Positions 24,700-37,345 of a DNA stretch of 54,546 nucleotides are shown in pieces. The stretch is from Priapulus caudatus (taxonomy: Eukaryota). The position numbers were made by a program, and so were the translations under genes. The stretch's first letter is position 1, and the number at the start of each line of letters is the position of its first letter. The stretch is from positions 323,940 to 378,485 of the forward strand of contig NW_014577070.1 of assembly GCF_000485595.1 (NCBI RefSeq), written 5' to 3'. The notes under the pieces were generated by a model. It worked only from the letters and a program-made list of their open reading frames with translations, made no database searches and was not told the origin of the DNA.

Positions 24700-25815
24700 A
24701 GTTGGACGGCGGCGGGGCCACGGGGTGTAACCTTCGTCCCGTTGTCAATATTTGCGACAGGGGACGCGGGGCGCCGGCACACACACATCACACAGCACGC
24801 GCGCCGCAGCGCAGCCACACCGATATCACACACATAGCTCGGGCATACGCACGCAACAATCACACGCGGCACGCCACGCACACACATACCACATTTACCA
24901 CACACACGGAGCGTGCAGAACATATCACGCATCACGCACGCACACGCACACGCACACGCACACGCACACGCACACACACGACACACACACACACCACGAT
25001 ACATACACTACACACACATACAACTGCAGCCGTCTCTCGTTGCGGGTTTCGCCTCACTAGCTCGTGCGCGGCAGTGATTGGCTGTTTATATACACCGCAG
25101 CCGCCAATGGCTTTGGGGTTGTGTCGGTGTGTGCGCGTAGCGGTGGGCGTCGCGTGCGTGCCGTACGTGCGTTTAGTGTGGCTTTGCTATGCTAGGTGAG
25201 GCGCCCACCTAATTAATATGCTATTATTATACCTTTATCGTTACATATTAGCTATAGCTATGTTATCATTTTAAAAACCGTGAGAAAACACATTAATATT
25301 TTTAACAACAATTTCAAAATGTTATGCATGTAGGAGTGTGGTAGTGTGTGCTCTTAGACAATCGAAACGGCACGTCTAAAATGTGAGAGATTGGGAGCCG
25401 GCGGTAAGCGCGGGCACGGTTACACCTCCCGTTGTCAAATGTTTGCACTACACAGCGCGCACGCACGCACACACCGCATTCACACACATACAGGCATGCG
25501 CACGCACAATCACACGCGCACCCATACCACATTTACACACACACGGGCGCGCACACACACACACGCACACGCACACGCACACGCACACGCACACGCACCA
25601 CACACACACACACACACACAACACACAACACAACACACACCACACACACGCACACACACACACGCACACACACACGCACACACACACACACAACACACAC
25701 TCACACACACACACACACATACATACATACATACATGTACAGTTGTACACACACGCACACACACACGCACACGCACACGCAGAACGTATATACGCACGCA
25801 CGCACGCACGCACGC
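24700..25815. repeat. two tandem CA-rich modules with (CA)n/(CACG)n microsatellites
   Basis: cccgttgtcaa...cacaatcacacgcg...cataccacattta shared by about 24738-24910 and 25428-25548. Confidence 0.7.
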
Positions 25816-28281
25816 ATCTTTCGCGGACTGCGCCGCCATACAGCGGCGGTGCAGGCCGTTATATCGTAAGTTTCTGCCAACAAAGCCATCTTTCTTATGC
25901 AGTAGGCTAGCGTCTAGGGTCATTAATCAATTAGTTTCTTTCCTGAAGTAGTCGGCCGGTGTGCTATTTTTTGGAGGCTAATTTCTGTCCACTTGCAAGG
26001 TGATAGACAAACTAGCGCAGGCGGCCACGTTTCCCACACGGCTTAACCTATATCATAGGAACAAACAATTGCGCCAAATAATACTGCACTGTTCTCTTGG
26101 ACGGCAACCTAGCAGCCAATCACAGCAGGGTTTCTCATCTCACAACTCCTCACTGACCTTGCCGTATAGTCTCCCTTCTCTCTCTCACCATCTCTCCTGT
26201 CAGTTTTTTGCTGATTGCTCGCCCTCCTTGTTTTTAGCTTCAGCTGACATAGTCAGATGCAGCTTGTAGATCGTTGATCGGTCGGTCCGATCTCGATCGT
26301 CGATGCGTGCGTGCGTCCGCGGGCGTCAACAGTTTGGCCGCACAAATCTTAACGCTGCGGACGCTACCGGTCACGATATTCGGCACGTCGGGGGGGTGCA
26401 TGCGTGGCAGAAGCGGCAGTTTCGGGATTGTGAAGTGGGGTTCAACGAGGTCACGGTGAAGCCGCGCAGATGCGTGTTGTAAAGAAGGGGGGGGGCGGGG
26501 AGGACATTCGCGAGGCTCCTTACTCTAAGGTATAGGGAGGGGAAATGCAGATAGGGTTGCCGGGGTGGGCGAGCGAAATCCGGGTAACACGGGGGGCGGC
26601 GCTCCACCTTATGGCTGTGATAGTGTGCGGGGGCGGGGGGTCGCTAAGCGGCATGCATGTGAGGGGAAGAGGCGCCCTCGGGCGGCACCGGTGGTGGCCG
26701 GGCCGAAGATTGGGAGCTGCGGGCGGGGGGGTGCAGACGCAGGTCAGAGAATGGTCATATCGGGGGCACAGGTCAGATTTTAGACATTTTCTGAGGACAT
26801 CGTCGTGGACGGGGGACGATTGCGCAAAACTTTTTTGGTGTTTCGAGCGGGGTGACGCCTAGGCATTCTTTATGGGCTTTATGAGAAGGAGTCCAGGCTT
26901 GAAAATGGTCCCTCTGCTGACCATGCGAAGAGTGAAGTGTCGGGTAACCTTGCTGGACCCTCAGAGGGAGGGTTAAACGGGACTGGATTCGTGTTCGACT
27001 GTCAACAAAGCGACTGAAGCTGCTCTTGCTGTAGACATCCTTCCCCCCCACCCCTGCCGCCTGTGCTCCTCCGCGCGCCAGCCCCCGGCCCCGCGCAGGC
27101 CCTCTCGCCACCCCTCCCCCTAGGCCCCTCCCCGCGGTGCCCCTACCTCAGAGCGGAGGGGGGTTAGAAGCATGGATTGTGGTTTTGACTGTCTGTTAGA
27201 AAAATGTGACTGCCGGCGTTTGCTAGTAGGGTTTTTTTTCTTGGGCGGAATCTATACATCGGCCTGGCATGTATAGGGCGTACAATTGCGACAGGTGAAA
27301 TGGTCAAAAGGCAGAATTGTGGTTAAGAATTTATGCTGCCTTAAATGTATAAGTTTATTATCATTGCGTATTCGGATGATGTTACCAGGTGTAAACGCAT
27401 GGCGGCACTGCACTGCCGCCAGGGGTGCGTGCTGCGTCAGGGTGCAATGGGCGAGGTGGGCGGATGGGTTGGGGCAGTTTTTGCCCTGCCGTGAACTTTG
27501 TTGCAGGTGCGGGCTACGCGTCTGTGATTGCGAGCCTGTAGCGGCTTGGCGTCACGCCGGCTAGGGAGTGGATGAGCTGCCTTACCTAATCTTCTTGCAA
27601 ATAGTTGTTTGCCTACTCGACGAGGATGGATGGGGGGGCGGGCGGCTTCCCATCTGGTGTAATGCGGCTGGAAAGACGGACGCGGTTAAACCGGGGGATA
27701 TCGTCGCGGCGATCTCCGCGTGGGCGAACTTCATCAGAGACTGGGATCGCAAGCGAACCATTCTTTTGCGGAAGTTCCTGATACCATCCTCGCTGCTTGA
27801 TTCCACTTTGCGGCCAGCGGCGCGGGCCGCGTGTATGTGGAACACATGTCCGGGGAGCCGAGGACGGAGGGATACTAGGACCCGGGGGTCCCCCATCCAC
27901 CACGAAGAGTCATTGCGCAGTAGACGTTAGGATGAGCGCTGTCGCTATGCGGCACTTGTTACCCAGCTACAGTAAACTTATGACCAGAGGCGTGGGAGTC
28001 AGCGCGGTGTAATAAGCTGTAACGTGCGGTCCAGGCGAGGTGGGCGCGCGGGGTGAGATGTGTCGAGGTGCGAGGAGAGTGGTGTGATGCTGGGGGGTGA
28101 GTGAGTGTGTGTAGCGTGGAGCGGGGGTCGTGCGGGGTAGAGACGCTGGGTGGGAAGGGTGAGAGGGGATGTGGGGTGGTGTGTGTGGTGTGGTGTGGGG
28201 GTGTGGGGGGAGTGTTGTGTTGTGTGGGAGGGGCACTCACCGCCGATGGGTGTGGCGTGGTGTGTGTGTGTGTGTGATGAT

Positions 28282-28306
28282 NNNNNNNNNNNNNNNNNNN
28301 NNNNNN
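28282..28306. other. 25-N gap
   Basis: exactly 25 N, as at 16441-16465 and 48066-48090. Confidence 1.
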
Positions 28307-29030
28307 ACAGACATTGAAAACCGGCAGGCCTGCTCCACCTCAGTCTACAGGAAGCCCACTCACACAGACAGATACTTTACCGTTTAATTCACATCTGTGC
28401 AGAGAGGCCTAGGTGGAGTCTTTTGACAGATGCGAGCCTGGAACGCATATTTCAACCAGCCCACAAACAGACAAACAATGACGCGATCACCACGTCCGGA
28501 ATGCCAGGTATGAACGGGTACCACGCCTCGTTTCATCCATACCTCAACCAAGAAAACTTCACAACCCAAAGAGCCGAAGAATTATAAGACGTTCACGGTC
28601 TTACCCTTTCATCAGAAGGGATGCTGCCAACAGCTCAAAACGCCGCCTAGAAAACCATGGTGTTTTCTGACCGTTTTCCGTCTCAGACGTTCTCACTGCC
28701 GCAAACAGCTCAGGTATTCGCCCCAAAGGCATTCCAGCCTTCCTGTTACACAGACGTGACGGCATAGTGTATAAAATCCTTTCCAAAGGCCGGTCTGACG
28801 ATCCTATAATCGCGTGAAACAGCCCGACGATAGCGAAAGGAATTTACTGAACACAAGAGAATGTACAGGCTGCTATCTGAACAAAAACAGCTCAAAGCAA
28901 GTGGCCAAACACGCTGGGAGAATCAAGCACCAACTACGACTGGCGAGGGATACAGTGCTCGCCGCAATAGAAGCGACACTGGTTACAGCACGGAGGGGTG
29001 AAAGAAGGCATTTAACATTTCGTCTTAGCA
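28307..29030 (+). pseudogene. Penelope-like element RT thumb and GIY-YIG region (copy 1, 3' part)
   Basis: STSVYRKPTHTDRY and gtgtataaaatcc (VYKI); continues from the break at 18321 when compared with copy 2 (cacactagtac|acagacat). Confidence 0.85.
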
Positions 29031-29050
29031 AAAAAGGGCAAAAAAAGATA

Positions 29051-30167
29051 TAAGTATAGTTTTGCCCGCAGAAACATGGTTTTCCACGTGCAGTGTGCAC
29101 CTATTGGCCTGCATACGTGGCGCTCATAACGTAGCTCGGGCGCATTCAATGGCGGTCGCCGATTCCAAACCCCCAACGGCCACCGCTCCTATTGAGCACG
29201 CTGGCGCATGTAAACAGCCGTTAACCTCCACCCCCGATCCCCACCACCTACCACCACCACCATGCGCTATTAGCTATGCGACGGTAGGGAAAGTGTACTA
29301 ACTCTTAATATCTCGGCGGACGAATTGAGTTACAATTCTAAAATTCGAAGATATATATAAAACACATTGTCTTAGCTATGTTGCCGTCTTACTATCATTA
29401 TGGCCCACCTCCGCGAACGATTCTGAGTTACATTTTTAAAATTCTAGATACATATAACACATGTCTGTAGGCTATAATCCCCCTGTGCAAGTTTTGAGTT
29501 TATTGAAGAATGAATAGGTGAATTAATTACCAAATATATACGCGCGGTATCGCTCATAGCGCTTTAAAATTTTTCGGTGGGTTCGTGAGTCATTATTCCC
29601 GAAATGATAAATTTCAACATTTATGGTAAACTAACATTTGTCAAATATCTACCTAGAATTAGAAATGTAACTCATTCCGTTCGCCGCCATACGATAGTTA
29701 GGTACCACTTTTCTACCGTTTATAGCCCCGTGCGTATATTCAGCCTCTCATGAGCAACTACCGCGCGTATTATTTTTTGGTAATTAAATTCAACTCATTC
29801 ATGCCTTCAATAAACTTCAAACTTACACGCGTCGGATTATAGGCTAGGAGACATGTGTTTATATGTATCTCAAATTTTAGAAATGTAACTCAATTCGCTT
29901 CGCGAGATATTAGATGTTAGTACACTTTCCTACAGCACATAGCTTAATTAGCGCATGGTCGGTGGTGGGGGGGAGGGAGTCGGTTAACGGTTGTATAGAA
30001 TGCGCCCAAGTGTGCGTTGGGCCGGCGGCGGTCCGTTGGGGGCGTTCGAATCGGCTGGCCGCCCATATGCCGCCGAGGCTACGTTATCGCCCGCACGTTA
30101 ACACAGTGCAAAAGGTTGCACACTTGCGCGCGGAAAAACCATGTTTCTGCCGCCAAACTATACTTAG
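29051..30167. mobile_element. about 1.1-kb fold-back MITE, Tc1/mariner-like (copy 1)
   Basis: ta|TAAGTATAGTTT...AAACTATACTT(A)G|ta with several-hundred-bp inverted arms. Confidence 0.65.
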
Positions 30168-31693
30168 TATCGTTCGCTAACTAACTACTAGGTATAGTGT
30201 TGGTTTTAAACCGTTTAGCAAACTATAGTGTGGGGCGAATTTGGTTCGGTGCCACTGCGCGAATCTGTTGGTAGGAAAAATGTACACGTGTTCTGTAAAG
30301 CTAAAGATAAGTTTTTTTATACAATAACATTGTCTGGCGGGCATTACAATGTGTAATGCCTGTTGGCGGAAAATAGTTGGGCTGTGTTTTGTAACCGACA
30401 TATGGTTGCCGGACTAATATGACAAACCGTTACACATACCGCCTTTTACAAGCACAGTAAGTGCGCTGTTGGGTAGCGACATGACCAGCTATATAACGCA
30501 GGTTACTATAACATGCGCAGTCGAAACTGCGCGAACTCGGCCGAGGACAAAATATATATTCACTGTCACATAATGATGTCCCTGTGATATGCAGTTACTG
30601 ACACTCTTTAAGCCGTTTCAATATTGAATTTAAATCTCTGACCACGTTCACCGCTATATTATGGATTATTACAAAAATAATCGTTTGGCGCCAGCCTAAA
30701 GCAAATGCTTCCTGGCTACAATTAAGCGTGTGCGTGCGCGCGTGCGTGTGGAGGGGCTGACCGGATTGTCTGCAGATAGTTCGTGGCTTCGTGCTCCCCC
30801 ATGACTCACTAATCACACTACTAGCAGCCAATATAGGGGTTCTAACATTGCAACGCGAGCTGTTCTGGCGGGTGAACGTTGCGTGAACATTGGTTCACTG
30901 AAGTTCCGTCAAGATTCACTGATATACGTGGCTCCCAGTCGGTTCTTGATATAATATCCTCACTGACGCGGCACAAATATACGACACACTACACGTCCAC
31001 ATCGTTAAATAATGGTTTTTAGTTCTATTAACTGGCTCGCATCAGGCAATAGTTTTTTTCCACAACTAAAAGTTAGTCTTGCTGCTCTTGCAGCAACTAT
31101 ACTCGTGGAAATAACTGCGATTGAACACAAACCGCAATGTATTTAATCAAGTGCACTTCGACATGTCCCAACAGCCAAATATAGAGTACATAATAAATCT
31201 CTAATAAACTCTATTCTATGCGCGCACACCGCTGCACAATTTCCATTAAATATGCTTAATGCCACTCTTCGCAGATGAAGCATGACAACAGACGTTTCTG
31301 GCTTAGAATATTATCTGCACATCATATGTAGTAATGAAAAATGTAAATGACAAATTCTATATTACATGTTCTCAAATAATAAAAAATTAATCATTGTTGG
31401 GCTCTAAGTCTTAAGAAACTCTTCACGAGTGGAGTGTGTAAGTGACACTGTAACGTCGTGTGGGGGCGTTTGGCAGTGAAACACATTAATAAATGAATTC
31501 AAAAACGCGATGCCAGTGTAGGCCTATGTTACGCCAGTAATAACATCATTCAACGCGATAAATTAAATAATTAATAATTAAAAAACCTGGTCTACTGCAA
31601 CAGTATTTCTATCAGTTATCGTATTTATAAATTATAGGCGTACCTTTTCACCATGGTAACTTGCTATTATGTATTTCATCAGGTAGATGATAT

Positions 31694-31755
31694 CAAGAGC
31701 TAATAAACGCCTTAGGTTTTTATATTTATATTTTATAGGTGTTTATTAGCTCTTG
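31694..31755. mobile_element. 62-bp micro-MITE, P-like termini, 7-bp TSD
   Basis: atgatat|CAAGAGCTAATAAAC...GTTTATTAGCTCTTG|atgatat; TSDs 31687-31693 and 31756-31762. Confidence 0.85.
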
Positions 31756-31899
31756 ATGATATAATCGTAGTCTGCAAAACTAGTCTACACAATATTAATG
31801 ACATCAGGGGTGACTAAGAACAAACCATGTTTTATTCAATCCATTGTACGCAGTTCCGTCCGCATTGCGCACACAAATTCTTCACAGATATGACAGCAT

Positions 31900-32061
31900 C
31901 AGGAGTTAATAAAGACAAATTCCCTTTACTTACTTAACTTACTAACTTAACTTACTATCTTAACTTAACTTAACTTTACTTTACTTAACTTAACTCTTAA
32001 CTTCTCTTCTTTTCTTTTTTTCTTAAGTTTTTAGACTTGACTTTGTCTTTATTAACTCCTG
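31900..32061. mobile_element. 162-bp MITE, P-like termini, 7-bp TSD, (TTAAC)n core
   Basis: acagcat|CAGGAGTTAATAAAGACAAA...TTTGTCTTTATTAACTCCTG|acagcat; 20-bp perfect TIR. Confidence 0.88.
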
Positions 32062-34058
32062 ACAGCATGTATATATTGTTCATAGAGAGTACAGAACAAG
32101 TTTGGGTTATCTGTTCCGTTAGGAGTCTCGGAGTTATACAACCTTGAGAATGTAAACTTTCAAAATATCAAGGCCGATCCCTGGTATTGATATCCAGAAC
32201 TCGTGAAAATGTTGTGTTCCCAGCATGCATGGCGGAGTACATTTATCAAGCATCAAAATCCGCACACAAGACATTAGCTTTTATAAAAATGTTATTACCA
32301 TGACTAGTAGATGCATCCCGCCGAGTGCATACGACGAGACAAGAATGAATAACACATTGTCCATTCAGATGATGACACGCACGCACACACACAGGCACAG
32401 GCACCGCGCCCGAGTACATCGCGCGAAAGGCAAATAGTTAAGAGTAGAAGGTACACAGTGCAAACATGTAGTAACATTTCTGAGTGACCGCCCGAGATAG
32501 ATAAGCGCGGTGTAATTATTGAAGACGGATGGATCGACCACGAGCGAGCGGTCAATACCATCAGCACTCCAGCCGAGCCGGACTACCAACGTCCGCTTCT
32601 ATTCAAGAAGGAAGCTGCTGTCCGTTTGCATTACGATCGCGCCGACGCGCACTCAGGAGCATTAATTCGTGCATAGTTGCGCGCGCACAATGTAAATTGT
32701 GTCGAATGCGCTTCAATCGCGTCAGGTGAAGTGACGCTGATGTTTCCCATGACCTTGGGGGCTATTCTGAAGGACCTATGTCCAACTGCGTCTCTGGTTA
32801 CTAAAATCTTCGTCTCTTCTGACTGATCCATAAATAAGCCAATTTTGCCTTACGAAAGGAACGATGCATCGTAGGACCAACACGCTACAGAATAGCAAAA
32901 CTGGACGTGATGCGGCCATGATGACGAGGCGCGCCGAGAATTGACACTTTGTGTCTTCCAATCACAGCCTACGCCGCACCAGTCTTTGATATTTTTAAAT
33001 ATGGGGACCCATTGGACCACCAACTCGCCGATCTCAGGAACTAGGGCATTCTGCTATGTTAAAACGGTTTCCTACGATAGAGTTAGCCACAAATACGAAA
33101 ATAACACGCTGTTTAGCGCACTGCGCTCCTTCTGTTGCATTTTCGCATCTCCGTAATCAGAATAAGCCCTGCCTTCTTCGTTGATGGACATGAATGGGGC
33201 GTCACCGACGTAACCAGTTACTGTACCTACTGTCTCTCGCCAGCCTGTTTACTTTTCGTAAATAATGAAATGCCCGGCTGATGCATTTTGCATCGAAGTG
33301 GAACATTTTCGGCATTTTCACTCGCTCTCGGAAGTGAACGAGTGCGTCAGTCATTAAACATTGAAGTTTTTCTTCAAATTAAATAATTCCGAAAATCCCT
33401 AACCACGCTACCCGATTGTTTTAGCCAATGAACGTAGCTGTGTGTGTGACGTCTTGCCCGCACGCTTTATGCTTGGCTTAGCGGGCCTCGAAATGGATAT
33501 CGGAGGCAGGCACCTCGCAACACGCGTGTTTGTTTACATATATAGCTTTATGACGTACGGTATTCGGGAGTTCTGCGATGATAATTAACGTAATTTCTCA
33601 GCATTTCTTAAGGTGCATGGAACATTTTACCAATTTAGTGGTGTCAGTTAGTCACGGATATGTCACAGTAAGTACTAACCGTATATTTTTCACATACGTT
33701 CACCTATTTTGCACACAGGCGGTCAATCATTGTGAAAAATTGTGTGAATTTTTATTTTTATTGAGACGTTCCAAGCGCCTGTGCTTTCAACAGTTTTGTA
33801 CGTCAATGCACGTGCGTCAAAATTAGGCCACAAACTCAACACAATTTCATCTCTGTTATTGTTTACGCCTGAATGCGTGATTGATCAGGGAGGGGGTGCA
33901 TGTAAGAGGGAGACATTTTCTTTGGGATTCCGAAAAACACAATTCCACTTGACAATTTCATGGGCCATTTCAATTGGAAGCTCTGCATAATGGACCCCCA
34001 ACAAGCCATTTGACTGACTAGTCAAGAAATTCAAAGGTCTGTATATTGCTCTTATTTA

Positions 34059-35520
34059 GCCCTCTATAGGTACGTTTAATAGTGAAAAGAGATATTACGT
34101 TTAACGATATCATAGTTTCACTCTCACAGATGATTTCCTCTGCTATGTACTCTGCAAACCCCCTGGAGTTAGGCACTGTATGCTCACTGGCATACATGGT
34201 AGGCTCGTTTGCATACCATCTCTCCAAGCACCTAGCAGAGAATTTTTCACCACTCACGGGTGCGAGTGAGCATACAGTGCCTAACTCCAGTGGTTTTGCA
34301 GAGTACATATAGCAAAGCAAACCATCTGTGAGAGTGAAACTATGATATCGTTCGACGTAGTATCTCTTTTCACTAACGTACCTATAGAGGGCGCATGCCA
34401 GACGGCCCTACATCGCATGCAGACAGACAACAGCCTAACAGCCCGCACCGCTCTCTTTCCTGAGCAAGTCACCAAGCTCCTCGAGTTCGTCCTACGGTCT
34501 ACATACTTCCTCTATAACGGCTCGTACTACGAGCAGACGGAGGGGGCAGCCATGGGCAGCCTGGTCTCGGCCGTCGTGGCCACTGTAACATCGGAGATCT
34601 TTGAACAGGAAGCTCTACTCACCTGCCCCCTCTTGCAAACCGCCGGGTATGGAAGAGATACGTTGATGACACATTTTATCATAGTCCCTAATGCAGAAGC
34701 GGAGAACCTGCTCAAACACATGAACAGCCACCGACAATCCATCCCAGTTCACAGCGAGGCATGAATGTGAAGGGAAGATACTTCTCTGGACACACTAGTA
34801 CACAGACATGAAAAACGGCAGGCTCTCCACCTCCAGTCTACAGGAGCGCCACTCACAGCAGACCATACATACCGTCTGTTAATTCACATTCTAGTGAAGA
34901 GAGGCCCTAGTGACAGATGTCTTTTTAGACAGAGCGGAAACGCGTATAGTCACCATGCCCACAACAGACAGGAACAAGTGAGCGATTCACACGCTCCGAA
35001 ATGCCGCCTAGGTACTGGAACGAGGTACCCACGCCGTTTCATCCATTACCTCAAGCCAAGAAGAACTCAGCAACCAAGAGACCGAAGAATTGATAAGACG
35101 ATTTCACGGTCTTACCTTCTATAGAAGGGATCTCCCAACAGCTTCAAACGCCGCCTAGAAAACCATGGTGTGTCTGACCGTTTTCCGCTCAAGATTCTTC
35201 TACACTGCGCAATACAGCTAGTATTGCCGACCACAAGGATTCAGTTCCTGAACAGCAGACGTCGACGGACAGTTTAGTGTATAAAATCCTTGCAAGAGGG
35301 CTGTGACGGATCGTATATCGGTGAAAGCAGCGCCGAACGATAGCGGAAGGCATACTGAACAGCAAGGAATGTCAGGCTGGCTTCAACGCAACAGGTCGCA
35401 GTGGGCCAAACACGGATGTTCGAGAATCAGCACCAACCTGACTGGGAGGATACAGTGCCGTCGCCCAAGAGCGGACGATCTGCGTCACACGGGAGGCGTG
35501 AAAAGAGATTTAACCATTCG
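34059..35520 (+). mobile_element. Penelope-like retroelement (copy 2): 5'-truncated RT plus GIY-YIG with an inverted 5' segment
   Basis: GSFAYHLSKHL; MISFDVVSLFTNVP; EGAAMGS; VYKI (35277-35288) and CDGSYIGE (35302-35325) form the GIY-YIG motif; many frameshifts; 34059-34192 is an inverted copy of 34261-34392. Confidence 0.92.
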
Positions 35521-35540
35521 TCTATGGCAATGTCAAGATA

Positions 35541-36586
35541 TAAGTATAGTTTTGCGCAGAACACATGCGTTTTCCAGTGCAGTGTGCAACCTTTGGCCTG
35601 CATACGTGGGCGAATAACGATAACCGCTCGGGCGCATAGATTGGCGCGTCGCCGACATCCAAACCCCCAACGGCCACCGCTCCTATGAGGCCACGCTGGC
35701 GCATTGCTAAAACAGCCGTTAACCTCCACCCCACTACCCCACCCACCACCCACCACCACCATGCGCTATTAGGCTATGGACGTAGGAAAGGTACTAACTC
35801 TTAATATCTCGGCGGACGAATTGAGTTAACAATTCTAAAATTCTGAATATATATAAACACATTCTTCTACTATGGTCTACTACATATGTGCGAACGATTG
35901 GTTTACATTTTTAAAAAATTCTAGATACATATAAACACATGTCTTAGCTATAATCCCCGTGAAGTTTGAGTTTATTGAAGCATGAATAGTTGAATTAATT
36001 ACCAAATATATACGCGCGGTATCGCTCATAGGCTAAAATTTCCGGGCGTTCGTGAGATTATTCCCGAAAATGTAAATTTCAACATTATGAAACTAACATG
36101 TGTCTATAATATGTACCTAGAATTTTAGAAATGTAACTCAATTCGTTCGCGCCATACGATAGTTAGTACACTTTTCTACCGTTTATAGCCGTGCGTATAT
36201 TAGCCTATGAGCAATACCGCGCGTATATTTTTGGTAATTAAATCAACTATTCATGCTTCAATAAACTCAAACTTCACGGGGATTATAGCTAAGACATGTG
36301 TTTATATGTATCTCAAATTTTAGAAATGTAACTCAATTCGTTCGCGAGATATTAGAGTTAGTACACTTTCCTACAGCACATAGCTTAATAGCGCATGGTG
36401 GTGGTGGGGGGGAGGTTAACGGTTGTATAGAATGCGCCAGTGTGCCGTGGGCCGTGCGGCGGCCGTTGGGGGGTTCGGAATCGGCGGCCGCCATATGCGC
36501 CCGAGGCTACGTTATCGCGCCACGTACACAGGCCAAAGGTTGCACACTGCGCGCGGAAAACCATGTTTCTGCGCAAACTATACTTG
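35541..36586. mobile_element. about 1.05-kb fold-back MITE, Tc1/mariner-like (copy 2)
   Basis: ta|TAAGTATAGTTTTGCGCAGAA...TTCTGCGCAAACTATACTTG|ta; long inverted arms. Confidence 0.7.
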
Positions 36587-36691
36587 TATCGTTCGCTAAC
36601 TAACTACTAGTATAGTGTTGGTTTTAAACCGTTTAGCAAACTATAGTGTGGGGGAATTGTGGTTCGGTGGCGCGCGAATCCTGTTGGTAGG

Positions 36692-36882
36692 AAAAATGTA
36701 CACGTGTTTCTGTAAAGTAAGATAAGTTTTTTTATAAATAACATGTTGGCGGCATTACAATGTGTATGGTTGGCGGAAAATATGGTAAAAAATGTACACG
36801 TGTTTCTGTAAAGTAAGATAAGTTTTTTTATAAATAACATGTTGGCGGCATTACAATGTGTATGGTTGGCGGAAAATATGGT
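36692..36882. repeat. about 95-bp near-perfect tandem duplication
   Basis: aaaaatgtacacgtg...ggaaaatatggt twice; single in the paralogous copy near 30276-30380. Confidence 0.9.
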
Positions 36883-37239
36883 GTGTGTTTGTAAACCGAC
36901 ATATGGTTGGACTAAATTGACAAACCGTACACCATACCGCTTACAGCACAGTAAGTGCGTGTTTGGTAGCCGAATGACCTAGCTATATAACGAGGTTACT
37001 ATAACATGCGCAGTCGAAACTGGCGAACTCGGCCGAGGGACAAATATATATTCACTGTCACATAATGATGTCCCTGTGATGCGTTACTGACACTCTTTAA
37101 AGCCGTTCAATATTGATTTAATCTCTGACACGTTCACCGCTATATTAGGTTATTACAAAAATAAGGTTTGGCGCCAGCTAAAGCAAGCGTTACATTAAGA
37201 CACACAGCCGACGTCGATTGGTCAGTCAGTCTATATGAT

Positions 37240-37345
37240 TGTCGGCTAGTTCATCATCTGAAAAGACCAAGACGAGAAGAGAACCTGAGAAGACTAATAA
37301 TGCAACTAGGAACTACATCAACCGCACATATTATGTCAGCCAATA
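37240..37345 (+). pseudogene. possible degenerate C-terminus of a second PLE GIY-YIG domain
   Basis: RRE..LRRLIMQLGT resembles the R..E..LI..LGT...GLN tail of PLE endonucleases. Confidence 0.3.

Larger units (their letters stand above)
28307..30725 (+). repeat. direct duplicate of 34802-37198
   Basis: colinear, differing mostly by 1-2 nt indels. Confidence 0.9.
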
